DNA from: Eledone cirrhosa | Lineage: Eukaryota | NCBI GenBank assembly: GCA_964016885.1 | Contig: OZ024740.1 | Span: 326,864,001 to 326,928,000, forward strand | DNA: 64,000 nucleotides | Direction of reading: 5' to 3' | Shown: one piece after another, positions 40,521-52,337 of the stretch | Numbering within the stretch: position 1 is the first letter of the stretch | Layout of the letters: the number at the start of each line of letters is the position of its first letter | Translations under genes and position numbers: made by a program | The notes under the pieces: generated by a model | The model's input: the letters and a program-made list of their open reading frames with translations, nothing else | The model's database searches: none | What the model was told of the DNA's origin: nothing

Positions 40521-40715
40521 TGAGGGTCGGCTGAATAGTCCATAGGCTGACCAAGATACTTTCATGAATGATCAAATGGGATTTATTTCCCAACATAGTC
40601 TCTGAAAAAAAGCAACGCAGTTATTAATAATAAGATTTGGAATTAATGCAAGCAAGATTTCACAACTCTAGTCATTCCTTCATAGTCGGTCTATGAACGT
40701 TTTAGCCCGTCCTCA
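40521..40715. mobile_element. Mariner-like MITE flanked by TA
   Basis: TA|tgagggtcggctgaatagtccataggctgac ... gtcggtctatgaacgttttagcccgtcctca|TA, with imperfect terminal inverted repeats of about 30 bp. Confidence 0.65.
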
Positions 40716-41128
40716 TAGACCACGTAAATTAGGACGAAATAAACACCTTTGAAAGGGAATGGTGAAGTGGATTAAATTGACTCCAATACATTGACTGACG
40801 TCTGAATGCTTCGAACAAAGTGAACTCCCCATGAAGAAAAATCGGCTCCGGTGAGATTTGAACTCAACGGAACAAAAATAAATAGTGTAAAGTATTTAGT
40901 ATGGTAATCTACTGATCTATAATATTATGTTATATGCCTTGGAACCTCAACTTTGGATGGAGTCGTAAGGACACCGGTGTGACATGTCTTTGGTATTTAA
41001 ATCTGGTGGAGCCCATCCGTCTCCACGTCTGATCACAGTCGATTTCATAGAGAGAGATAGAGAGTGATAGAGAGATAGATAGAGGGATAGATAGAGAGAT
41101 AGATAGATAGATAGAAATAGATAGATAG

Positions 41129-41163
<35 letters not shown>

Positions 41164-41176
41164 TAGATAGATAGAT

Positions 41177-41252
41177 ATGTTTCTTTATTAGGCACAGGGG
41201 CACAAAAGAAGGGGATAAATACAAAGGGGGAAGTTTACATACAATAAAAACG
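41177..41252 (-). mobile_element. 3'-terminal fragment of a Tx1-like LINE ending in (TATC)n
   Basis: The minus strand reads gcccctgtgcctaataaagaaacat-atctatct, resembling the Tx1-like 3' ends at about 47445 and 63710. Confidence 0.5.
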
Positions 41253-41312
41253 TGTAAAATATTATCACAGATAGAGATAGATAGAGAGAGAGAGATAGAT
41301 ATAGATAGATAG

Positions 41313-41403
<91 letters not shown>

Positions 41404-42289
41404 GATTGTTACTTTATAGAGTGGGATGGGAACTCAGTGCGTAGGGAACTTGAACGATTACCGCAAGATAGTCCAACCTACGATCTAACGACACGCCACC
41501 TTAGATTGATATATATATAATAATTGATGAATTTTAAAACGGAGAAAATTCCACACAATTTGGAGGTAAGATGCAGTTTATTATATTGATTTCTGGGCCT
41601 GTGACACCCTCATTGGGGAAGGTGTAGAAAACCTTTTGTTGGTGGGTAAAAATGAAAGTATTACAAATAACTGTAGTGTATTGTCTGGGCGGTGTCAATG
41701 ATTTTACAAGATCAAAAGTGGATGTTTAAGCCAGAAGAGTTGAGGTCCACATGTAAAGTTGATTACATTACTCATAGTACTTGACTGCTACTTTATCTTA
41801 TCGATCTGGGAAGGAGAACAGTGAACTTAATCATAGTAAAATTTGAACTCAGAGCATAAGGCATCACTACAAAATATATCAAATGATTTCATCCTCTACT
41901 GTACTATCCTGCAATCTACTTGCATTATATTATATTATTTGATGCTATTATATGAAATGTATTCAAGGGTTTTATCGTAATGATAAGTTTTCAGAAGACA
42001 TGGTATCAATAGATATTGCATTAAACTAATATATATCCTCATTGAATTGTTATTGATTTCCTATGTTATTTTGACTTGTTAACATTTCTCAGTTATATTA
42101 ATAAATCTTAGAACACCATAACCACCACCATCCCTTAATTTACAAGCCATATTTGCCTCAATTCGTATGCTGTTCTCTTGAAAAAAGAAGATATTTGATA
42201 ATGTAGTCCTAAGGTGGTCACGACTAGAACGCTTTAATTATAAGTACATATCTTATATCAGAAGTTTTATATCAGCTCACACTATCGCA

Positions 42290-42790
42290 GTGTGCGGCGA
42301 TGACTCTTTTTCTGACTCACGCTCTATCAATTCTGGTGAATTAAAGATTTTGTTTTTTCCCACATTCTTCCTCATGTGCATTAACGACCTTCTTGTTATT
42401 ACCTCTAACAGCGCAGCCTCCTATGTACAGATACATCCTCCACGTACAACCTAAACACGTTAAACCAAAGCTACACCGCATTCATGACTAGAGGCCACGA
42501 ACATATCTCCCAATGAGAAGATAGTCAACTCTCTGTCAACAGCACACATAAATATTCACTGATTATACCTCACACTTATATAGACTTGGACAAGACGTAG
42601 TTAGCATATTTAAAATTGTTACAAATACTAGGTTTCATAACGATATCCCTGTGTCCCAAAAAGTAACTTCTTATAAAGCTCAAGTAAGACCTAAAATGGA
42701 ATGTTGCTTACATTTTTGAAACAGTGCTACTGTTGTTACACACACAGAAACATTCTAGATAGCACCTAAAAAAATCTCATTCGGCTAGTT
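42290..42790 (+). pseudogene. Highly decayed LINE reverse-transcriptase remnant
   Basis: The conceptual fragments 'FLMCINDLL' and 'YKAQVRPKMECC' resemble non-LTR RT motifs. Confidence 0.5.
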
Positions 42791-42968
42791 ACTTCATTAA
42801 CACACAAACCGTGTGAAACGTCTTTATTTAAACCCCGGCACAAATCACTTTGTTTAATATTTCAACCCTTAAATGTCATCCCTTTGGAATTCTATTTCCA
42901 ACAAAGTAAAAAAAAAACCCCTCAGAGTAGTAGTAGTAGTAGCAGCACCTGTAGCAGAAGCAGTAGTG

Positions 42969-43020
<52 letters not shown>

Positions 43021-43089
43021 TAGTAATTGCTGATGCTGTTTACCAGCTAAACATCATGATAGGCGTCCAGAAAAAATGCTTGCTTTCTA

Positions 43090-44240
43090 TTGATGGTTAG
43101 TGGAAGGTAAGCATGACGATGATCTGGGAGCGGTTCTGGGTGTCGACGAGGATAGTCTGTTTTTAGACTCTTCCAGAAGACTTTCAGTCGGGGCGGTTAC
43201 GGACAATTTCCAAACATCCCTAGCATGGCGACGCTACAGAGGGCCACTACCAGGCCGAGACAAGCTTTACAGGCACGGTAATGTAGTCTTGGATCAAGCG
43301 AAGACCTAGAAATGGCACCTGGCATCAGTAATGTTTTCAGGCGCTCCCAACCCTCTACCAGTTAGGCAATGTGGTCAGTGAAAATTCCACGATAGCGTTC
43401 TATAGAGTATTCGTGGTGAGCAAAAATGACAACATTCTGTGGGAAACTCTAGGCGTCGATCAGAATGAACTAACTAGTCTGTTCCGGAAGACGCTTGACT
43501 CGGCGATTATGGACAATTTCTAGAAATCCTTAGCTTGGCAGAGCTATCGGGGGACATTCCTGGTTCGAGATAAATTTTGCAGGCACGGAAGTGCTGTCAG
43601 ACGGAGCTGACCGAGACGCGCACAGAGCGATGAAACTGTTCTACACACACTCCTCCAGTATCCGTGCATTGCTGATTTCTCATCTATTGTCACATGTAGG
43701 ACAAACTTCTGCCATTATCAAGTGTATGATGGAATCGGCTATCGGCCGATTCCATCGTGAGGTTCTCCCCGTCACCTTTTTGCCGAGAAGCACAGGCAGT
43801 TTTCCTTAATCTGGTGGCTATGGCGAAAGAGCTTGTGTTTGATAAAACTGAAAGGGCTGTAAACAGACACATTCCTCATTGACATTTTTAAATTCCACTT
43901 GTAAAGGAAAGTAAAGATGAAGAGGTGAGTGCTGCCCACTTCTCTGTGTATTTGTTAAAAATTGGGTGAATGTAATAAAAATGGCCCGAGTGAATGGGCC
44001 TACTGAAGCAAGCGTTTTTTTGGCTGAGATTTCAGAGAAGAGAGGAAATTTCCTATGGTGATCAGAGTGATTTAAGGATCCTAAATTACTCCTGAGTGGT
44101 GCTCTCCCTTATTGGAGAATTCTGTTGTTAATTATATGTTTTTTTTCTGTTTACATGATTTATATAATTCCCCACAGCCCCTGTTCATCGGTATTACCTT
44201 TTGTGTTTCGGTCCTAGTGGCCAATAAAGAAATCATCATA
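43090..44240 (+). mobile_element. Decayed 3' fragments of Tx1-like ORF2 (partly duplicated) and 3' UTR
   Basis: A 'DNFQTSLAW..YRG.LP.RDKLYRHG'-type segment occurs twice. The region ends gtggccaataaagaaatcat. Confidence 0.78.
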
Positions 44241-44384
44241 TTCATCAGTATGATTTTTTTAAATGTTTATTTTTAGTCTTCTTTATAAACCTTTCTCTCA
44301 CACAAATCCCCAAAGCCATACAGTACCGTCCTTATTGCCCTCTTTATGTAAGCTCTGTGTGACTACATCAGAAACTATTATTAT

Positions 44385-44618
44385 TGATGGATTGGCAGAA
44401 TCGGTAGAGTGTCGGACACCATGCTTTTCAGCACAGAGTTACAGACCTTTGCGTTCTGAGTTCAAATCCCGCCGAGGTTAACTTTGCCTTTATACGTACG
44501 GGGTCGATAAAATAAAGTACCAGTCACACACTGAGGTCGATTTAATCGACTTTTCTCTCCCCCAAAATGGTTGGCCTTGTGCCTAAATCAGAAATCATTA
44601 TTATTATTATTATTATTA
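44385..44618 (+). mobile_element. SINE of the main family with an (ATT)n tail
   Basis: tggattggcagaatcgg...gttcaaatcccgccgagg...ggccttgtgcctaaatcagaaatc(att)n. Confidence 0.85.
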
Positions 44619-44624
44619 AAAAGA

Positions 44625-47490
44625 AAAAAAAACCTTAGATTCACCCTCCAAAAGCGAAGGCATACAAATATGGGTAAAGGCAGCAAGGAAACTTGCAGCA
44701 ACACCACCACCATCACCACCACAAGCACTACTGACAACAACAACCACACTACCACCAGCATCACCAAAAACACCAACAACGCAAACACAACAAGACACAC
44801 ACACACCAAACAGCAACAAGAAGAAAACAGCAACAAAATCACCCCTCCCCTCCCCCCAAAGTACACAGCCATAAACATGGCAAAAAAGAACTCATACAAT
44901 ATATAAAGCAGCACACAGACATCACAGAAAAAAACTGCTACACCCCACCAACACCAAGAACTCTCCCGACAAACATAAGCATCATCGAAATCTCAATAGA
45001 ACAGTACAAACCTTTAAAACAAAAATTCCCCAACGCAGTGCATACCTCGACGGACTGCCTCGGCTCTCGACGACCGCAGCACAGTGTTGCGAAAAGCCAA
45101 TAACAGCCGGTGAAATACGGGAAGCGATGGCTAACTGCGCAAGGGGTAAATCGCCAGGTTTGGATGGTCTGCCCTACGAGCTTTATGCATTTATGCCAGA
45201 CTTGTTCGGTGACCTCTTGGCAGACGTCTACTGCAACTGGCAGCAGAACGGGAGCATTCCCAGTTTTCTGAGCCAGGGAGCAGTGGCACTGCTGAGAAAA
45301 GACCCGAACAAGGGGGATGTTATCGATAATTTCAGGCCCATAACCCTGCTAAACGCAAAGTTCAAGATTTTGGCCAAGGTGTTAGCAACGAGGTTGGCGC
45401 TTGTCGTCAAGGGTCTGGTGGGAGAGGCGCAGACATGCGCCATTCCGGACAGATCCATACACGACAACCGCCACCTCATGCGATACATCATAGAGAGGGT
45501 GGTTAAGGAACCTGGCACGGGTGAGGCCCTGATCAACTTTGATCAATCCAAAGCATTCGATAGGGTCGACCATCGTTACCTGGCGGCGGTCCTCGAGGCA
45601 GCCGGTTTCAGGCCCGTTTTCAGGGGTTGGATCGCAGCAATGTACAGCGACATCTGCTCAGTTGTGAGGGTGAACGGTCACCTGTCGCAGCCGTTCAGCA
45701 TCATGCGCTCAGTCCGCCAGGGTTGTCCCCTCTCGTCCCTCTTGTACGTATTGGCTCTCGAGCCGTTACTGCACAAACTGGGGGCGATGAAGGGCGTCCC
45801 ACGCACACTAGGATGCGGGAAATCCGAGTCGGCTTACGCTGACGACGTCACCGTGGTGGTGTCAAGCACCAGACACGCCCAGATGCTCGGCACCGCTCTA
45901 AAGGAATACGAAGCGGTGACAGGAGCAAAGATAAACCAGGAAAAGTCGGTGGGCTTGCAGCTCGGCACCTGGAGAGGAAAGTCCATGCCGTCCGACAGCG
46001 TCGTAGGGCGTTGGACGGACGGACCGGTTAAATTGTTCGGGGTCTGGTTCGGACCGGACCTCCAGATGGAGAAAAACTGGAACGAGGTGACGAGCAGGGT
46101 GGCGTCACCCAGAAATGGGCCGAGAGGAAGCTGTCCCTGAAAGGCCGGGCGGAGGTGGCGAATGCGTACATCGCATCCGTCATCTGCTACCGCCTCACCG
46201 TCATCCCTTGCTCCAGCCCAACTCTCACCAAAATGGAGAGCCTCCTCTTTCGCTTTTTGTGGAAGGGACGCGCTCCCATGGTCAGACGATCCATCTGCTG
46301 TCAACACCCGTTGCGTGGAGGACTGGGCATGCCATGGCTGATGATGCGCAAACATGCGTTGAGGCTGCGACATCTCTGGTGCTTCCTTGATGGTGAACAG
46401 GTGTGGTCGCCGTTCGCCAGGCACGTTTTCCCACAGCTCGTCTCCTTGACGGAGCTGCAGTCCTGGGTCAGAAAAAGACCGAGGGATAGCGCTTGGAAAC
46501 TGGAATGTCTCCAGGCGCTCACTGCCCTCTGCCAGCTGGGCACCAGTATCGGTGGAACATCAACCTCGGCGTTCTATAGAGGACTGGTGGAGGGGAAGAG
46601 CGACGACATTTTCGGAGAGATCCTGGGCGTCGAAGAAGATCAGCTGTTTGCTCTCTTCTGGAGAACTTTCAGCGCGGGGCCTATGGATAACTTCCAAAAA
46701 TCCCTGGCCTGGCAGTGCTACCGGGGAGCGCTGCCGGTTCGAGATAAGCTCTACAGGCACGGAAGTGCCGTCAGCCGAGCCTGTCTGAGATGCGCGCAGA
46801 GCGACGAAACCGTCGTGCACGCACTCGTTTAGTGCCCGAGCATTGCTGACTTGTGGAGCTATGTCGAACAGTTGCTGTCGCGTGTGGGACTGATCCGGTT
46901 GTCGACTGAGTCCATTGTGCAGATAGTCTCGCCGTCTGCATTCGAGGAGGAAGGGCAGGCGGTTTTCATCTGCCTGGTGGCCATGGTGAAAGAGATTGTG
47001 TGGTGGACAAGGTTAAAAGGGTGAAAGACAGACACTTTCCTCTTCGGCGAATCCCTAATTAGCTTTTTCAAGTTTCACTTGAAGAGGAAAATCAGGGTGG
47101 AGAGGCAAGTGCTGCTTTCTAGCAAGTTTGTTGAAAGGTGGGTGAATGTAGTGAGAATGGTCCGAGTGAACGGGACCACTCTGAATATACGTCTGTAGTT
47201 TGAGAGATGGTCAGGGTGGCTGTGGTCTTTTGTGTGGTTTTCGCCACGAGTAACCCTCGGAGGTTTCGCCCCTATTGGGGAATTTTTCATTGTTTCAATT
47301 TTCATTTTTATTGTTTATATATATGTTTCTATGTCCTTTTTTTTTCTTTTCTTATATAAATAATAAAAATATTTACACGCACAAAACCCACATCGTACCG
47401 TCCTGTACCGTCCTGTGCCGTCTGTAATGTTTTTATTGATGTCAGCCCTTGTGGCCAATAAAGAAATCATTATTATTACTATTATTATTA
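44625..47490 (+). mobile_element. Tx1-like LINE copy A: ORF1 tail fused to RT, endonuclease deleted, ORF2 disrupted
   Basis: RT motifs KSPGLDG, NFRPITLLN, DQSKAFDRV, RQGCPLS and AYADD, plus a C-terminal CLRC..ET..H motif and an (ATT)n tail. Confidence 0.9.
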
Positions 47491-49927
47491 TTCCTTGAAT
47501 CTCAGTCATTGATGTTAGTTAACTGGAAAGTCCGTTGGAATGAATATCAAGCCACTACCTGCAGCCTCAGATATTCAGGACGTATCGGAGGGTTCTTGCT
47601 GTTCCCAGCAAGCATGCCTTTTGAAGCGTTCCAAAAAGCGTGAAGGGGCCGATTTTCTTTAACCATCCCTGGAAACTTTTGGAGATAGTCCCCAGTGCGC
47701 CTATGACAATCGGGATCACTTTGACTTCATGGCAGTTCCAAATCCTTTTTACCTCCCACTTTAAGTCCTGGTATCGGTTAATTTTCTCCCTCTCCTTCTC
47801 TTGCACTCTCGTGTCGAATGGGCAGGCCACATCCACAATCAGACACGATCTTTTTTCTTTGTCCACAACCACCAGGTCAGGTCTATTGTGTTCCAGTTTC
47901 TTGTCCGTCTGTATCCTAAAATCCCACAGCACCTTCACCTGATCGTTCTCCATCACCGCCTCTGGCTTATGCTCATACCATTTCTCAGAATGTGGTAAAT
48001 TGTTTACTTTGCACAGGTGCCAGTGGATCACCCTGCCCATCACATCATGTCACCAGCCCTTATAGTGGGTCTGGGCTAGGTGTTTACACTCGGATACAAT
48101 GTGAGCCACAGTCTCCTCTCTCTCTCCACAGATCCTGCACAGTAGGCTAGCCTCCTCCTTGTAAATATGGTGTTTCAACCACTTCGTTTTGAGGGCCTGC
48201 TCTTGCGCAGCCATTAACATTCCTTCTGTAGCCTTTTTAAGGTCTCCTCTTCTTAACCAGTTCCATGTCTGTGGATCTCTAAATTCAGTTTTCTCAAAGA
48301 AGGTACTATGAAGGGATTTTTCCTGAAGGCTGCTCTTTCTCCTTGATGTTATTTCCTCCTTGGACATCCCCTGGCCTATTGTCCCCTCCTTCAGTACAGT
48401 TCTGAGCATTGGCTCCTTACTATCAGTCACGTATTTGTGTAGGTTGTTTTTCTCCATCTGAACACAGTCCTCTATGCTGATAAGACCTCTTCCACCCTCA
48501 GATCTCCTTAGGTAGAGTCTATCGACATCACTCCTCTTGTGGAACATGTTGTAGATAGTCAATAGCTTCCTAGTCTTCCTATCCATTTCTTTTTGTTCAG
48601 CAATATTCCATCTCAGAATTCCCGCACTGTACCTAATAATAGACACAGCTCGGGAATTTACTGCGCTTATGGCATTTCTGCTGTTCAGATGTGACTTAAA
48701 TACGCTCCTTACTCTCCGAATGTATTCAGTTCTTAACAATTCCTTCATTTTTTTGTTCTTTATGCCATCAGCCTCCAGAACGCCCAAATACTTGTATCCT
48801 TCCTCAGAGTCAATTTCCTTTATCATCTCACCTGTTGGTATCTGGATTCCGTTACTTCTGCTCAACCTACCCCTCCTCATCACAATGACTCCACACTTAC
48901 TAATACCAAACTGCATACATATATCACTGCTGAAAATACGGACAGTGTCAACAAGCACATCCAACTCCTTCTCACTCTTCCCGAAGAGCTTAAGATCGTC
49001 CATGAAGAGGAGGTGATTGATGGTAAGCTCTCCCTTTCCCAACCCGTATCCTGCTCTCACTTTTCGCAGTACACTGGTCAGGGGCATCAGGGCAAGGACA
49101 AACAACAGAGGGGACAGGCTATCTCCCTGGAAGATACCTCTCTTGATCTTCACGCTTCCCAAGGATACTCCAGTTGATGTCAACTCTGTTTCCCAGGACC
49201 TCATACTCTTGCCCAACAACTGTCTGATGTTATCTGCCACCTTGAAGATCTCCAGGCTTTTGGTGATCCAAGAATGAGGCACCATGTCAAATGCCTTTCT
49301 GTAGTCTATCCATCCCATGGCAAGATCAGTGTGTCTCCTCCTGCAATTCCCCATTACCATCTTATCAATAAGTAACTGGTCCTTTGTACCACGTGACTTC
49401 TTTCGGCATCCTTTCTGTTCGTCCGGTAACAAGTTGTTTGTGCGGAGGTGATGGTAGATTTCCTCAGACACAATGCTCGTCAACAGTTTCCACATTACGG
49501 ACAGACATGTGATAGGTCTATAGTTGGTAACATCATTACCCTTGATTCGGTCTTTCATTATCAGAACTGTGGTACCTTTTGTCAACCACTCTCGTACCTC
49601 ACCTGACATCAAGCAGTCATTGAACATGGTTGTCAGTTTCGGGTGGAGGGATGTTATATTTTTAATCCAATACCCCTGCACACCATCTGGGCCTGGTGAT
49701 TTCCAGTTGGTTAGTTTTTTGGCCTGCCCCTTAAGAGTTTCAACTGTGATACTCAAATCAGTTTGTTGGTGTGCCTGCTCACCGATCTCCCTCTGTACTG
49801 TCTCAATCCACCCTGCCTGGTCATTATGTCTAACATCTTGCTCCCATATTCCTCTCCAGAATGTTTTAGTTTGTTCTGCCTCAGGGATCAAGTCTTTGCC
49901 TCTTTCTTTCCCCTCAAGCTGTCCAAA

Positions 49928-49929
<2 letters not shown>
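47491..49929 (-). mobile_element. R4/Dong-like RLE non-LTR element, copy 1, 5'-truncated, with one nonsense codon at 48050-48052
   Basis: RT motifs WKSPGPDG, NYRPITCL, DYRKAFD, GIFQGDSLSP and FMDD; zinc motif CRIC..ETVAHIVSEC; RLE motif HNRPD..DVACP..EK..RY; (TAA)n 3' tail. Confidence 0.92.
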
Positions 49930-49958
<29 letters not shown>

Positions 49959-49963
49959 GTTAT

Positions 49964-52337
49964 TCGAGTCTCAGTCATTGATGTTAGTTAACTGGAAAGT
50001 TTGTTGAAATGAATATCAAGCCACTACCTGCAGCCTCAGATATTCAGGACGTATCGGTATCGGAGGGTTCTTGCTGTTCCCAGCAAGCATGCCTTTTGAA
50101 GCGTTCCAAAAAGCGTGGCGGGGCCAATTTTCTTTAACCATCCATGGAAACCTTTTGAGATAGTACCTAGTGCGCCTATGACAATCGGGACCACTTTGAC
50201 TTCATGGCAGTTCCAAATCCTTTTAACCTCCCAGTTTAAGTCCTGGTATCGGTTAATTTTCTCTCTATCCTTCTCTTGCACTCTCGTGTCGAATGGGCAG
50301 GCCACAGCCACAATCAGGCACGATCTTTTTTCCTTGTCCACAACCACCAGGTTCCAGTTTCTTGTCCGTCTGCATCCTAAAATCCCACAGCACCTTCACC
50401 TGATCGTTTTCTATCACCGACGCTGGCTTATGCTCATACCACTTCTCAGATTGTGGTAAATTGTTTACTTTGCATAGGTGCCAGTGGATCACCCTGCCCA
50501 TCACATCATGTCTCCAGCACTTATAGTGAGTCTGGGCTAGGTGTTTACACTCGGATACAATGTGAGCCACAGTCTCCTCTCTCTCTCCACAGATCCTGCA
50601 CAGTAGGCTAGCCTCCTCCTTGTAAATATGGTGTTTCAACCACTTCGTTTTGAGGGCCTGCTCTTGCGCAGCCATTAACATTCCTTCTGTAGCCTTTTTA
50701 AGGTCTCCTCTTTTCAACCAGTTCCATGTTTGTGGATCTCTGAATTCAGTTTTCTCAAAGAAGGTACTATGAAGGGATTTTTTTATGAAGGCTGCTCTTT
50801 CTCCTTGTTATTTCCTCCTTGGACATCCCTTGGTCTATTGTCCTCTCCTTCAGTACAATTCTGAGCATTGGCTCCTTACTATCAGTCACGTATTTGTGTA
50901 GGTTGTTTTTCTCCATCTTAACACAGTCCTCTATGCTGATAAGACCTCTTCCACCTTCAGATCTCCTTAAGTAGAGTCTATCGACATCACTCCTCTTGTG
51001 GAACATGTTGTAGATAGTCAATAGCTTCCTAGTCTTCCTATCCATTTCTTTTTGTTCAGCAACATTCCATCTCAGAATTCCCGCACTGTACCTAATAATA
51101 GACACAGCTCGGGAATTTACTGCACTTATGGCATTCCTACTGTTCAGATGTGACTTTAATACGCTCCTTACTCTCCGAATGTATTCAGATCTTATCAATT
51201 CCTTCATTTTTTTGTTCTTGATGTCATCAGCCTCCAGAACACCCAAATACTTGTATCCTTCTTCAGTGTCAATTTCCTTTATCATCTCACCTTTGGTACC
51301 TGGATTCCGTTGCTTCTGCTCAATTTACCCCTCTTCATCACAAGGACTCCACACTTACTAATACCAAATTGCATACATATATCATTGCTGAAAATACGGA
51401 CAGTGTCAACAAGCACATCCAACTCCTCTCACTCTTCCCGTAGAGCTTAAGATCGTCCATGAAGAGGAGGTGATTGATGGTAAGCTCTCCCTTTCCCAAC
51501 TTGTATCCTGCTCTCACTTTTCGCAGTATAATGGTCAGAGGCATCAGAGCAAGGGCAAACAACAGAGGGGGCAGACTATCTCCCTGGAAGATACCTCTCT
51601 TGATCTTCACGCCTCCCAAGGATTCTCCAGCTGATGTTAACTCTGTTTCCCAGGACTTCATACTTTTGCCCAACAACTGTCTGATGTTATCGGCCACCTT
51701 GAAGATCTCTAGGCTTTTGGTGATCCAAGAATGAGGCACCATGTCAAATGCCTTTTTGTAGTCTATCCATCCCATGGCAAGACCAGTGTGTCTCCTCTTG
51801 CAATTCCTCATTACCATCTTATCAATGAGTAACTGGTCCTTTGTACCACGTGACTTCTTTCGGCATCCTTTCTGTTCGTCCGGTAACAAGTTGTTTGTGT
51901 GGAGGTGATGGTAGATTTCCTCAGACATAATGCTTGTCAACAGTTTCCACATTACGGACAGACATGTGATAGGTCTATAGTTGGTAACATCATTACCCTT
52001 GATTCGGTCTTTCATTATCAGAACTGTGGTACCCTTTGTCAACCACTCTGGTACCTCACCTGACATCAAGCAGTCATTGAACATGGTTGTCAGTTTCGGG
52101 TGGAGGGATGTTATATTTTTAATCCAATACCCCTGCACACCATCTGGGCCTGGTGATTTCCAGTTGGTTAGTTTTTTGGCCTGCCCCTTAAGAGTTTCAA
52201 CTGTGATACTCAAATCAGTTTGTTGGTGTGCCTGTTCACTAATCTCTTTTGTACTGTCTCAATCCACACTGCCTGATCATTATGTTTAACATCCTGCTCC
52301 CATATTCCTCTCCAGAATGTCTTAGTTTGTTCCGCCT
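49964..52337 (-). mobile_element. R4/Dong-like element, copy 2, frameshifted, with the RPD motif deleted
   Basis: Highly similar to copy 1. ORF pieces lie at 51338-52213, 50767-51285, 50265-50717 and 50036-50347. Confidence 0.92.

Noticed and set aside
52249-52337. N-terminal part of the 359-aa ORF 52249-53328
   Set aside because: It is antisense RLE-element sequence read through into Tx1 ORF1, not a true start.
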